NCBI RefSeq assembly: GCF_009914755.1
Contig: NC_060934.1
Direction: 5' to 3' (one strand)
Source of the DNA: the human T2T-CHM13v2.0 reference genome, Homo sapiens
DNA length: 64,000 bases
Shown here: in pieces, positions 1 to 11,633 of the stretch
How positions within the stretch are numbered: the stretch's first letter is position 1
Layout of the letters: each line of letters begins with the position of its first letter
Program-made: the position numbers and the translations under genes
The notes under the pieces: generated by a model
What the model was told of the DNA's origin: nothing
Seen by the model: only the letters and a program-made list of their open reading frames with translations
The model's database searches: none

Positions 1-55
1 TTTGGAAATACACTCTTTGTAAGTCTGCAGGTGGATATTTGTCCCTCTTTGAGCC

Positions 56-72
56 CTTCGTTGGAAACGGGA
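56..72 (+). promoter_or_regulatory. CENP-B box (first example; repeated once per ~340-bp dimer across the window)
   Basis: CTTCGTTGGAAACGGGA matches the 17-bp consensus YTTCGTTGGAARCGGGA and lies 42 bp upstream of the GAATTC in D, A, A' and C dimers. Confidence 0.98.
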
Positions 73-224
73 TTTCCTCATATAATGCTAGACAGAAGAA
101 TTCTCAGTAACTTCTTTGTGTTGTTTGTATTCAACACACAGATTTGAACCTTCCTTTAGAGAGAGCAGATTTGAAACACTCTGTTTTTGGAATTTGCAAG
201 TGCAGATTTCAAGCGCTTCTAGGC

Positions 225-241
225 CTATGGCAGAAAAGGAA
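225..241 (+). promoter_or_regulatory. pJalpha-box-like site in the non-CENP-B monomer of A/A' dimers (example)
   Basis: CTATGGCAGAAAAGGAA sits at the position equivalent to the CENP-B box, one monomer downstream. It resembles the A-type monomer pJalpha motif (CTAYGGTGRAAAAGGAA) and is more degenerate in B, C and D dimers. Confidence 0.6.
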
Positions 242-1413
242 ATATCTTCGTATAAAAACTACACAGAATCATTCTCAACAACTACTTTGTGATGTGTGCG
301 TTCAACTCACAGAGGTTAACCTTTCTTTTCAGAGAGCAGTTTGGAAACACTCTGTTTGTAAAGCCTGCAAGTGCTTTTTTGGACTTCATTGAGGCCTTCG
401 TTGGAAACGGGATTTCTTCATACAACGCTAGACAGAAGAATTCTCAGTAACTTCTTTGTGTTGTGTGTATTCAACTCACAGATTTGAAGCTTTCTTTAGA
501 GAGAGCAGAGTTGAAACACTCCGTTTTTGGAATTTGCAAGTGCAGTTTTCAAGCGATTCCAGGCCTATGGCAGAAAAGGAAGTATCTTCGTATAAAAACT
601 ACACAGAATCATCCTCAACAACTACTTTGTGATGTGTGCGTTCAACTCACAGAGTTTAACCTTTCTTTTCATAGAGCAGTTTGGAAACACTCTGTTTGTA
701 AAGCCTGCAAGTGCTTTTTTGGACTTCATTGAGGCCTTCGTTGGAAACGGGATTTCTTCATACAATGCTAGACAGAAGAATTCTCAGTAACTTCTTTGCG
801 TTGTGTGTATTCAACTCACAGAGTTGAACCTTTCTTTAGAGAGAGCAGAGTTGAAACACTCTGTTTTTGGAATTTGCAAGTGCAGATTTCAAGCGATTCT
901 AGGCCTATGGCAGAAAAGTAAATATCTTCGTATAAAAACTACACAGAATCATTCTCAACAACTACTTTGTGATGTGTGCGTTCAACTCACAGAGTTTAAC
1001 CTTTCTTTTCATAGAGCAGTTTGGAAACACTGATTGTAAAGCCTGCAAGTGCTTTTTTGGACTTCATTGAGGCCTTCGTTGGAAACGGGATTTCTTCATA
1101 TAATGCTAGACAGAAGAATTCTCAGTCACTTCTTTGTGTTGTGTGTATTCAAGTCACAGAGTTGAACCTTCCTTTAGACAGAGCAGTTTTGAAAAATTCT
1201 TTCTGTGGAGTTTGCAAGTGGAGATTTCCAGCGATTTGAGGCTAATCTTTGAAATGGAAATAGCTTCGTGTAAAAACTAAACAGAATCATTCTCAGAAAC
1301 TGCTTTGTCTTCTGTGCGTTCAGTTCACAGAGTTTCACCTTTCTCTTCATAGAGCAGTTTGGAAAGACTCTGTCTGTAAAGTCTGCAAGTGATTAGTTAG
1401 ACCCCTTTGAGGC

Positions 1414-1430
1414 CTTCGTTGGAAGCGGGA
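1414..1430 (+). promoter_or_regulatory. CENP-B box, B-dimer form (example)
   Basis: CTTCGTTGGAAGCGGGA has all core bases intact and is found at the end of B dimers. Confidence 0.97.
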
Positions 1431-4400
1431 TTTCTCATTTACTGCTAGACAGAAGAATTCTCAGTAAATCCTTTGTGTTGTGTGTATTCAACTCACAGAG
1501 TGGAACCTTCCTTTATTCAGAGCAGTTTTGAAACACTCTTTTTGTGGAATTTGCAAGTGGAGATTTCAAGCGATTTGACGCCAATCTTAGACATGGAAAT
1601 ATCTTCATATTAAAAGTACACAGAGTCATTCGTAGAAACTAGTTTGTGATGTGTGCCTTCAACTCACAGAGTTTAACCTTTCTTTTCATAGAGCAGTTGG
1701 GAAACACTCTATTTGTAAAGTCTGCAAGTGGATATTTGGACCTCTTTGAGGCCTTCGTTGGAAACGGGATTTCTTCATATAACGCTAGACAGAAGAATTC
1801 TCAGTAACTTCTTTGTGTTGTGTGTATTCAACTCACAGAGTTGAACCTTTCTTTAGAGGGAGCAGAGGTGAAACAGTCTTTTTGTGGAATTTGCTAGTGT
1901 AGATTTCAAACGCTTCGAAGTCAGTGATAGAAAAGGATATATCTTCGTATTAAAAGTAGACAAAATCATTCTCAGAAAACTCTTTGTGATGTGTGTGTTC
2001 AACTCACAGAGTTTAACCTTTCTTTAATCGAGCAGTTTGGAAATACAGTCTTTGTAAGTCTGCAGGTGGATATTTGGCCCTCTTTGAGCCCTTCTTTGGA
2101 AACGGGATTTCCTCTTATAATGCTAGACAGAAGAATTCTCAGTAACTTCTCTGTGTTGTTTGTATTCAACACACAGATTTGAACCTTCCTTTAGAGAGAG
2201 CAGATTTGAAACACTCTGTTTTTGGAATTTGCAAGTGCAGATTTCAAGCACTTCTAGGCCTATGGCAGAAAAGGAAATATCTTCGTATAAAAACTACACA
2301 GAATCATTCTCAACAACTACTTTGTGATGTGTGCGTTCAACTCAGAGTTTAACCTTTCTTTTCATAGAGCAGTTTGGAAACACTCTGTTTGTAAAGCCTG
2401 CAAGTGCTTTTTTGGACTTCATTGAGGCCTTCGTTGGAAACGGGATTTCTTCATACAACGCTAGACAGAAGAATTCTCAGTAACTTCTTTGTGTTGTGTG
2501 TATTCAACTCACAGAGTTGAACCTTTCTTTAGAGGGAGCAGAGGTGAAACACTCTTTTTGTGGAGTTTGCTAGTGTAGATTTCAAACGCTTCGAAGACAG
2601 TGATAGAAAAGGATATATCTTCGTATTAAAAGTAGACAAAATCATTCTCAGAAAACTCTTTGTGATGTGTGTGTTCAACTCACAGAGTTTAACCTTTCTT
2701 TAATCGAGCAGTTTGGAAATACACTCTTTGTAAGTCTGCAGGTGGATATTTGGCCCTCTTTGAGCCCTTCGTTGGAAACGGGATTTCCTCATATAATGCT
2801 AGACAGAAGAATTCTCAGTAACTTCTTTGTGTTGTTTGTATTCAGCACACAGATTTGAACCTTCCTTTAGAGAGAGCAGATTTGAAACACTCTGTTTTTG
2901 GAATTTGCAAGTGCAGATTTCAAGCGCTTCTAGGCCTATGGCAGAAAAGGAAATATCTTCGTATAAAAACTACACAGAATCATTCTCAACAACTACTTTG
3001 TGATGTGTGCGTTCAACTCACAGAGGTTAAACTTTCTTTTCAGAGAGCAGTTTGGAAACACTCTGTTTGTAAAGCCTGCAAGTGCTTTTTTGGACTTCAT
3101 TGAGGCCTTCGTTGGAAACGGGATTTCTTCATACAACGCTAGACAGAAGAATTCTCAGTAACTTCTTTGTGTTGTGTGTATTCAACTCACAGAGTTGAAC
3201 TTTTCTTTAGAGAGAGCAGAGTTGAAACACTCTGTTTTTGGAATTTGCAAGTGCAGATTTCAAGCCATTCTAGGCCTATGGCAGAAAAGGAAATATCTTC
3301 GTATAAAAACTACACAGAATCATTCTCAACAACTACTTTGTGATGTGTGCGTTCAACTCACAGAGTTTAACCTTTCTTTTCATAGAGCAGTTTGGAAACA
3401 CTCTGTTTGTAAAGCCTGCAAGTGCTTTTTTGGACTTCATTGAGGCCTTCTTTGGAAACGGGATTTCTTCATACAACGCTAGACAGAAGAATTCTCAGTA
3501 ACTTCTTTGTGTTGTGTGTATTCAACTCACAGAGTTGAACCTTTCTTTAGAGAGAGCAGAGTTGAAACACTCTGTTTTTGGAATTTGCAAGTGCAGATTT
3601 CAAGCGATTCTAGGCCTATGGCAGAAAAGTAAATATCTTCGTATAAAAACTAGACAGAATCATTCTCAAAAACTACTTTGTGATGTGTGCGTTCAACTCA
3701 CAGAGTTTAACCTTTCTTTTCATAGAGCAGTTTGGAAACACTGTTTGTAAAGCCTGCAAGTGCTTTTTTGGACTTCATTGAGGCCTTCGTTGGAAACGGG
3801 ATTTCTTCATATAATGCTAGACAGAAGAATTCTCAGTCACTTCTTTGTGTTATGTGTATTCAAGTCACAGAGTTGAACCTTCCTTTAGACAGAGCAGTTT
3901 TGAAAAATTCTTTCTGTGGAGTTTGCAAGTGGAGATTTCCAGCGATTTGAGGCTAATCTTTGAAATGGAAATATCTTCGTGTAAAAACTACACAGAATCA
4001 TTCTCAGAAACTGCTTTGTCATCTGTGCGTTCATTTCACAGAGTTTCACCTTTCTCTTCATAGAGCAGTTTGGAAAGACTCTGTCTGTAAAGTCTGCAAG
4101 TGATTAGTTAGACCCCTTTGAGGCCTTCGTTGGAAGCGGGATTTCTCATTTACTGCTAGACAGAAGAATTCTCAGTCAATCCTTTGTGTTGTGTGTATTC
4201 AACTCACAGAGTGGAACCTTCCTTTATTCAGAGCAGTTTTGAAAAACACTTTTTGTGGAATTTGCAAGTGGAGATTTCAAGCGATTTGACGCCAATCTTA
4301 GACATGGAAATATCTTCATATTAAAAGTACACAGAGTCATTCGTAGAAACTAGTTTGTGATGTGTGCCTTCAACTCACAGAGTTTAACCTTTCTTTTCAT

Positions 4401-5524
4401 AGAGCAGTTTGGAAACACTCTATTTGTAAAGTCTGCAAGTGGATATTTGGACCTCTTTGAGGGCTTCGTTGGAAACGGGATTTCTTCATACAACGCTAGA
4501 CAGAAGAATTCTCAGTAACTTCTTTGTGTTGTTTGTATTCAACACACAGATTTGAACCTTCCTTTAGAGAGAGCAGATTTGAAACACTCTGTTTTTGGAA
4601 TTTGCAAGTGCAGATTTCAAGCGCTTCTAGGCCTATGGCAGAAAAGGAAATATCTTCGTATAAAAACTACACAGAATCATTCTCAACAACTACTTTGTGA
4701 TGTGTGCGTTCAACTCACAGAGTTTAACCTTTCTTTTCATAGAGCAGTTTGGAAACACTCTGTTTGTAAAGCCTGCAAGTGCTTTTTTGGACTTCATTGA
4801 GGCCTTCGTTGGAAACGGGATTTCTTCATATAATGCTAGACAGAAGAATTCTCAGTCACTTCTTTGTGTTGTGTGTATTCAAGTCACAGAGTTGAACCTT
4901 CCTTTAGACAGAGCAGTTTTGAAAAATTCTTTCTGTGGAGTTTGCAAGTGGAGATTTCAAGCGATTTGAGGCTAATCTTTGAAATGGAAATATCTTCGTG
5001 TAAAAACTACACAGAATCATTCTCAGAAACTGCTTTGTCATCTGTGCGTTCAGTTCACAGAGTTTCACCTTTCTCTTCATAGAGCAGTTTGGAAAGACTC
5101 TGTCTGTAAAGTCTGCAAGTGATTAGTTAGACCCCTTTGAGGCCTTCGTTGGAAGCGGGATTTCTCATTTACTGCTAGACAGAAGAATTCTCAGTAAATC
5201 CTTTGTGTTGTGTGTATTCAACTCACAGAGTGGAACCTTCCTTTATTCAGAGCAGTTTTGAAAAACACTTTTTGTGGAATTTGCAAGTGGAGATTTCAAG
5301 CGATTTGACGCCAATCTTAGACATGGAAATATCTTCATATTAAAAGTACACAGAGTCATTCGTAGAAACTAGTTTGTGATGTGTGCCTTCAACTCACAGA
5401 GTTTAACCTTTCTTTTCATAGAGCAGTTTGGAAACACTCTATTTGTAAAGTCTGCAAGTGGATATTTGGACCTCTTTGAGGCCTTCATTGGAAACGGGAT
5501 ATCTTCATACAACGCTAGACAGAA

Positions 5525-6543
5525 GAATTCTCAGTAACTTCTTTGTGTTGTGTGTATTCAACTCACAGAGTTGAACCTTTCTTTAGAGAGAGCAGAGTTG
5601 AAACACTCTGTTTTTGGAATTTGCAACTGCAGATTTCAAGCGATTCTAGGCCTATGGCAGAAAAGGAAATATCTTCGTATAAAAACTACACAGAATCATT
5701 CTCAACAACTACTTTGTGATGTGTGCGTTCAACTCACAGAGGTTAACCTTTCTTTTCATAGAGCAGTTTGGAAACACTCTGTTTGTAAAGCCTGCAAGTG
5801 CTTTTTTGGACTTCATTGAGGCCTTCGTTGGAAACGGGATTTCTTCATATAATGCTAGACAGAAGAATTCTCAGTCACTTCTTTGTGTTGTGTGTATTCA
5901 AGTCACAGAGTTGAACCTTCCTTTAGACAGAGCAGTTTTGAAAAATTCTTTCTGTGTAATTTGCAAGTGGAGATTTCAAGCGATTTGAGGCTAATCTTTG
6001 AAATGGAAATATCTTCGTGTAAAAACTACACAGAATCATTCTCAGAAACTGCTTTGTCATCTGTGCGTTCAGTTCACAGAGTTTCACCTTTCTCTTCATA
6101 GAGCAGTTTGGAAAGACTCTGTCTGTAAAGTCTGCAAGTGATTAGTTAGACCCCTTTGAGGCCTTCGTTGGAAGCGGGATTTCTCATTTACTGCTAGACA
6201 GAAGAATTCTCAGTAAATCCTTTGTGTTGTGTGTATTCAACTCACAGAGTGGAACCTTCCTTTATTCAGAGCAGTTTTGAAAACCACTTTTTGTGGAATT
6301 TGCAAGTGGAGATTTCAAGCGATTTGACGCCAATCTTAGACATGGAAATATCTTCATATTAAAAGTACACAGAGTCATTCGTAGAAACTAGTTTGTGATG
6401 TGTGCCTTCAACTCACAGAGTTTAACCTTTCTTTTCATAGAGCAGTTGGGAAACACTCTATTTGTAAAGTCTGCAAGTGGATATTTGGACCTCTTTGAGG
6501 CCTTCGTTGGAAACGGGATTTCTTCATACAACGCTAGACAGAA
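5525..6543 (+). repeat. 6-mer HOR variant A'-B-C (1019 bp), example
   Basis: A' ORF markers at 5550 and 6569 are 1019 bp apart; dimers start at 5525, 5865 and 6204. Confidence 0.95.
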
Positions 6544-7900
6544 GAATTCTCAGTAACTTCTTTGTGTTGTGTGTATTCAACTCACAGAGTTGAACCTTTC
6601 TTTAGAGAGAGCAGAGTTGAAACACTCTGTTTTTGGAATTTGCAAGTGCAGATTTCAAGCGATTCTAGGCCTATGGCAGAAAAGGAAATATCTTCGTATA
6701 AAAACTACACAGAATCATTCTCAACAACTACTTTGTGATGTGTGCGTTCAACTCACAGAGTTTAACCTTTCTTTTCATAGAGCAGTTTGGAAACACTCTG
6801 TTTGTAAAGCCTGCAAGTGCTTTTTTGGACTTCATTGAGGCCTTCGTTGGAAACGGGATTTCTTCATATAATGCTAGACAGAAGAATTCTCAGTCACTTC
6901 TTTGTGTTGTGTGTATTCAAGTCACAGAGTTGAACCTTCCTTTAGACAGAGCAGTTTTGAAAAATTCTTTCTGTGTAATTTGCAAGTGGAGATTTCAAGC
7001 GATTTGAGGCTAATCTTTGAAATGGAAATATCTTCGTGTAAAAACTACACAGAATCATTCTCAGAAACTGCTTTGTCATCTGTGCGTTCAGTTCACAGAG
7101 TTTCACCTTTCTCTTCATAGAGCAGTTTGGAAAGACTCTGTCTGTAAAGTCTGCAAGTGATTAGTTAGACCCCTTTGAGGCCTTCGTTGGAAGCGGGATT
7201 TCTCATTTACTGCTAGACAGAAGAATTCTCAGTAAATCCTTTGTGTTGTGTGTATTCAACTCACAGAGTGGAACCTTCCTTTATTCAGAGCAGTTTTGAA
7301 ACACTCTTTTTGTGGAATTTGCAAGTGGAGATTTCAAGCGATTTGACGCCAATCTTAGACATGGAAATATCTTCATATTAAAAGTACACAGAGTCATTCG
7401 TAGAAACTAGTTTGTGATGTGTGCCTTCAACTCACAGAGTTTAACCTTTCTTTTCATAGAGCAGTTGGGAAACACTCTATTTGTAAAGTCTGCAAGTGGA
7501 TATTTGGACCTCTTTGAGGCCTTCGTTGGAAACGGGATTTCTTCATATAACGCTAGACAGAAGAATTCTCAGTAACTTCTTTGTGTTGTGTGTATTCAAC
7601 TCACAGAGTTGAACCTTTCTTTAGAGGGAGCAGAGGTGAAACACTCTTTTTGTGGAATTTGCTAGTGTAGATTTCAAACGCTTCGAAGACAGTGATAGAA
7701 AAGGATATATCTTCGTATTAAAAGTAGACAAAATCATTCTCAGAAAACTCTTTGTGATGTGTGTGTTCAACTCACAGAGTTTAACCTTTCTTTAATCGAG
7801 CAGTTTGGAAATACACTCTTTGTAAGTCTGCAGGTGGATATTTGGCCCTCTTTGAGCCCTTCGTTGGAAACGGGATTTCCTCATATAATGCTAGACAGAA

Positions 7901-9257
7901 GAATTCTCAGTAACTTCTTTGTGTTGTTTGTATTCAACACACAGATTTGAACCTTCCTTTAGAGAGAGCAGATTTGAAACACTCTGTTTTTGGAGTTTGC
8001 AAGTGCAGATTTCAAGCGCTTCTAGGCCTATGGCAGAAAAGGAAATATCTTCGTATAAAAACTACACAGAATCATTCTCAACAACTACTTTGTGATGTGT
8101 GCGTTCAACTCACAGAGTTTAACCTTTCTTTTCATAGAGCAGTTTGGAAACACTCTGTTTGTAAAGCCTGCAAGTGCTTTTTTGGACTTCATTGAGGCCT
8201 TCGTTGGAAACGGGATTTCTTCATATAATGCTAGACAGAAGAATTCTCAGTCACTTCTTTGTGTTGTGTGTATTCAACTCACAGAGTTGAACCTTCCTTT
8301 AGACAGAGCAGTTTTGAAAAATTCTTTCTGTGTAATTTGCAAGTGGAGATTTCAAGCGATTTGAGGCTAGTCTTTGAAATGGAAATATCTTCGTGTAAAA
8401 ACTACACAGAATCATTCTCAGAAACTGCTTTGTCATCTGTGCGTTCAGTTCACAGAGTTTCACCTTTCTCTTCATAGAGCAGTTTGGAAAGACTCTGTCT
8501 GTAAAGTCTGCAAGTGATTAGTTAGACCCCTTTGAGGCCTTCGTTGGAAGCGGGATTTCTCATTTACTGCTAGACAGAAGAATTCTCAGTAAATCCTTTG
8601 TGTTGTGTGTATTCAACTCACAGAGTGGAACCTTCCTTTATTCAGAGCAGTTTTGAAACACTCTTTTTGTGGAATTTGCAAGTGGAGATTTCAAGCGATT
8701 TGACGCCAATCTTAGACATGGAAATATCTTCATATTAAAAGTACACAGAGTCATTCGTAGAAACTAGTTTGTGATGTGTGCCTTCAACTCACAGAGTTTA
8801 ACCTTTCTTTTCATAGAGCAGTTGGGAAACACTCTATTTGTAAAGTCTGCAAGTGGATATTTGGACCTCTTTGAGGCCTTCGTTGGAAACGGGATTTCTT
8901 CATATAACGCTAGACAGAAGAATTCTCAGTAACTTCTTTGTGTTGTGTGTATTCAACTCACAGAGTTGAACCTTTCTTTAGAGGGAGCAGAGGTGAAACA
9001 CTCTTTTTGTGGAATTTGCTAGTGTAGATTTCAAACGCTTCGAAGACAGTGATAGAAAAGGATATATCTTCGTATTAAAAGTAGACAAAATCATTCTCAG
9101 AAAACTCTTTGTGATGTGTGTGTTCAACTCACAGAGTTTAACATTTCTTTAATCGAGCAGTTTGGAAATACACTCTTTGTAAGTCTGCAGGTGGATATTT
9201 GGCCCTCTTTGAGCCCTTCGTTGGAAACGGGATTTCCTCATATAATGCTAGACAGAA
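7901..9257 (+). repeat. 8-mer HOR A-B-C-D (1357 bp)
   Basis: Dimers start at 7901, 8241, 8580 and 8920. A markers 7947/9304 and D markers 7759/9116 are 1357 bp apart. Confidence 0.95.
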
Positions 9258-11633
9258 GAATTCTCAGTAACTTCTTTGTGTTGTTTGTATTCAACACACA
9301 GATTTGAACCTTCCTTTAGAGAGAGCAGATTTGAAACACTCTGTTTTTGGAATTTGCAAGTGCAGATTTCAAGCGCTTCTAGGCCTATGGCAGAAAAGGA
9401 AATATCTTCGTATAAAAACTACACAGAATCATTCTCAACAACTACTTTGTGATGTGTGCGTTCAACTCACAGAGTTTAACCTTTCTTTTCATAGAGCAGT
9501 TTGGAAACACTCTGTTTGTAAAGCCTGCAAGTGCTTTTTTGGACTTCATTGAGGCCTTCGTTGGAAACGGGATTTCTTCATATAATGCTAGACAGAAGAA
9601 TTCTCAGTCACTTCTTTGTGTTGTGTGTATTCAAGTCACAGAGTTGAACCTTCCTTTAGACAGAGCAGTTTTGAAAAATTCTTTCTGTGGAGTTTGCAAG
9701 TGGAGATTTCAAGCGATTTGAGGCTAATCTTTGAAATGGAAATATCTTCGTGTAAAAACTACACAGAATCATTCTCAGAAACTGCTTTGTCATCTGTGCG
9801 TTCAGTTCACAGAGTTTCACCTTTCTCTTCATAGAGCAGTTTGGAAAGACTCTGTCTGTAAAGTCTGCAAGTGATTAGTTAGACCCCTTTGAGGCCTTCG
9901 TTGGAAGCGGGATTTCTCATTTACTGCTAGACAGGAGAATTCTCAGTAAATCCTTTGTGTTGTGTGTATTCAACTCACAGAGTGGAACCTTCCTTTATTC
10001 AGAGCAGTTTTGAAAAACACTTTTTGTGGAATTTGCAAGTGGAGATTTCAAGCGATTTGACGCCAATCTTAGACATGGAAATATCTTCATATTAAAAGTA
10101 CACAGAGTCATTCGTAGAAACTAGTTTGTGATGTGTGCCTTCAACTCACAGAGTTTAACCTTTCTTTTCATAGAGCAGTTTGGAAACACTCTATTTGTAA
10201 AGTCTGCAAGTGGATATTTGGACCTCTTTGAGGCCTTCGTTGGAAACGGGATTTCTTCATACAACGCTAGACAGAAGAATTCTCAGTAACTTCTTTGTGT
10301 TGTGTGTATTCAACTCACAGGGTTGAACCTTTCTTTAGAGAGAGCAGAGTTGAAACACTCTGTTTTTGGAATTTGCAAGTGCAGATTTCAAGCGATTCTA
10401 GGCCTATGGCAGAAAAGGAAATATCTTCGTATAAAAACTACACAGAATCATTCTCAACAACTACTTTGTGATGTGTGCGTTCAACTCACAGAGTTTAACC
10501 TTTCTTTTCATAGAGCAGTTTGGAAACACTCTGTTTGTAAAGCCTGCAAGTGCTTTTTTGGACTTCATTGAGGCCTTCGTTGGAAACGGGATTTCTTCAT
10601 ATAATGCTAGACAGAAGAATTCTCAGTCACTTCTTTGTGTTGTGTGTATTCAAGTCACAGAGTTGAACCTTCCTTTAGACAGAGCAGTTTTGAAAAATTC
10701 TTTCTGTGTAATTTGCAAGTGGAGATTTCAAGCGATTTGAGGCTAATCTTTGAAATGGAAATATCTTCGTGTAAAAACTACACAGAATCATTCTCAGAAA
10801 CTGCTTTGTCATCTGTGCGTTCAGTTCACAGAGTTTCACCTTTCTCTTCATAGAGCAGTTTGGAAAGACTCTGTCTGTAAAGTCTGCAAGTGATTAGTTA
10901 GAACCCTTTGAGGCCTTCGTTGGAAGCGGGATTTCTCATTTACTGCTAGACAGAAGAATTCTCAGTAAATCCTTTGTGTTGTGTGTATTCAACTCACAGA
11001 GTGGAACCTTCCTTTATTCAGAGCAGTTTTGAAACACTCTTTTTGTGGAATTTGCAAGTGGAGATTTGAAGCGATTTGACGCCAATCTTAGACATGGAAA
11101 TATCTTCATATTAAAAGTACACAGAGTCATTCGTAGAAACTAGTTTGTGATGTGTGCCTTCAACTCACAGAGTTTAACCTTTCTTTTCATAGAGCAGTTG
11201 GGAAACACTCTATTTGTAAAGTCTGCAAGTGGATATTTGGACCTCTTTGAGGCCTTCGTTGGAAACGGGATTTCTTCATATAACGCTAGACAGAAGAATT
11301 CTCAGTAACTTCTTTGTGTTGTGTGTATTCAACTCATAGATTTGAACCTTTCTTTAGAGGGAGCAGAGGTGAAACACTCTTTTTGTGGAATTTGCTAGTG
11401 TAGATTTCAAACGCTTCGAAGACAGTGATAGAAAAGGATATATCTTTGTATTAAAAGTACACAAAATCATTCTCAGAAAACTCTTTGTGATGTGTGTGTT
11501 CAACTCACAGAGTTTAACCTTTCTTTAATCGAGCAGTTTGGAAATACACTCTTTGTAAGTCTGCAGGTGGATATTTGGCCCTCTTTGAGCCCTTCGTTGG
11601 AAACGGGATTTCCTCATATAATGCTAGACAGAA
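9258..11633 (+). repeat. 14-mer composite HOR A-B-C-A'-B-C-D (2376 bp), example of the commonest unit
   Basis: A markers 9304/11680 are 2376 bp apart. Nine of 26 D-to-D intervals in the window are 2374-2376 bp. Confidence 0.93.

Larger units (their letters stand above)
98..4505 (+). repeat. Irregular block A-A'-A'-B-C-D-A-D / A-A'-A'-B-C: partial duplication at 2711-bp offset
   Basis: Dimer starts are 98, 438, 778, 1116, 1455, 1795, 2133, 2471, 2809, 3149, 3489, 3827, 4166. Shared private variants include ttcagagagc in A, aaaagtaaat plus a 2-bp deletion in the second A' (near 1030 and 3741), and tttccagcg in B. Confidence 0.85.

Noticed and set aside
1636-1645. Short palindromes (AAACTAGTTT in C; also TAGGCCTA, CTTCGAAG, AGAATTCT) as cruciforms or terminators
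   Set aside because: They are only 8-10 bp with no loop or extended stem, which is common in AT-rich alphoid DNA and gives no sequence-level evidence of function.
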